Shown here: piece by piece, positions 63,018 to 64,000 of the stretch
Numbering within the stretch: position 1 is the stretch's first letter
Layout: every line of letters begins with the position of its first letter
NCBI GenBank assembly: GCA_030390025.1
Contig: CM059438.1
Coordinates: forward strand, 61,444,001-61,508,000
Reading direction: 5' to 3'
DNA from: Squalus acanthias
Taxonomy: Eukaryota
Length of the DNA stretch: 64,000 nucleotides
Translations under genes and position numbers: made by a program
Notes under the pieces: model-generated
Seen by the model: the letters and a program-made list of their open reading frames with translations, nothing else
Databases searched by the model: none
Told to the model about the DNA's origin: nothing

Positions 63018-64000
63018 CGAGAGGGGGGAGCACAGAGAGAGGGGGGAGTACAGAGAGAGGGGGGAGTACAGAGAGAGGGGGAGCACAGAGAGAGGGGGAG
63101 CACAGAGAGAGGGGGGAGCACAGAGAGAGGGGGGAGCACAGAGAGAGGGGGGAGCACAGAGAGAGGGGGGAGTACAGAGAGAGGGGTAGCACAGAGAGAG
63201 GGGTAGCACAGAGAGAGGGTAGCACAGAGAGAGAGGGTAGCACAGAGAGAGGGGGTAGCACAGAGAGAGAGGGCAGCACAGAGAGAGGGGGAGCACAGAG
63301 AGAGGGGGAGCACAGAGAGAGAGGGTAGCACAGAGAGAGGGGGAGCACAGAGAGAGGGGGGAGCACAGAGAGAGGGGGGAGCACAGAGAGAGGGGGGAGC
63401 ACAGAGAGAGGGGGGGAGCACAGAGAGAGGGGGGAGCACAGAGAGAGGGGGGAGCACAGAGAGAGGGGGAGCACAGAGAGAGGGGGAGCACAGAGAGAGG
63501 GGGGAGCACAGAGAGAGGGGGAGCACAGGGAGAGGGGGAGCACAGAGAGAGGGGGAGCACAGAGAGAGGGGGGAGCACAGAGAGAGGGGGAGCACAGAGA
63601 GAGGGGGAGCACAGAGAGAGGGGGGAGCACAGAGAGAGGGGGGAGCACAGAGAGAGGGGGGAGCACAGAGAGAGGGGGAGCACAGAGAGAGGGGGAGCAC
63701 AGAGAGAGGGGGGAGCACAGAGAGAGGGGGAGCACAGAGAGAGGGGGGAGCACAGAGAGAGGGGGGAGCACAGAGAGAGGGGGAGCACAGAGAGAGGGGG
63801 AGCACAGAGAGAGGGGGGAGTACAGAGAGAGGGGGGAGCACAGAGAGAGGGGGGAGCACAGCGAGAGCGGGAGCACAGAGAGAGGGGGTAGCACGGCGAG
63901 GGAGGGAGTACAGAGAGAGGGGGTAGCACAGCGAGAGGGGGAGCACAGGGAGAGGGGGGAGTACAGAGAGAGGGGGGAGCACAGAGAGAGGGGGGAGCAC
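63018..64000. repeat. Purine-rich 17-20-bp minisatellite (gagcacagagagagggggg)n, runs off the window end
   Basis: About 50 tandem units with variable G-run length. Confidence 0.95.

Noticed and set aside
62901..64000. 300+ aa ORFs in three frames
   Set aside because: Minisatellite lacking stop codons

Overview
Eukaryotic, repeat-dominated DNA, most likely from a cartilaginous fish. This is inferred from SacSINE1-like Deu-domain SINEs and shark-type CR1, L2, RTE and Penelope families. No recognisable intact host protein-coding gene, rRNA, tRNA gene or CRISPR array is present. The window holds one near full-length CR1 LINE (esterase ORF1, APE+RT ORF2, 54-bp tandem 5' array), many CR1/L2 fragments, a near-complete CR1/L2-group LINE with a partner SINE, an RTE with a 51-bp target duplication and about 12 DeuSINEs. 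It also holds Penelope-like termini with minimal hammerhead ribozymes and a probable ~1.5-kb solo LTR with foamy-virus-like architecture. The PIF/Harbinger content is unusually rich: one structurally complete element (DDE transposase plus convergent spliced Myb/SANT gene), four further coding relics and about 12 MITEs. The main observation is that reconstructed Harbinger insertion sites share flanks resembling the zebrafish Harbinger3_DR target (AAACAC-CWG-GTCTTT) while the central duplicated triplet varies. A few weak candidate host exons lie on the minus strand. All alignments and coordinates were done by eye; boundaries of degraded repeats are approximate.
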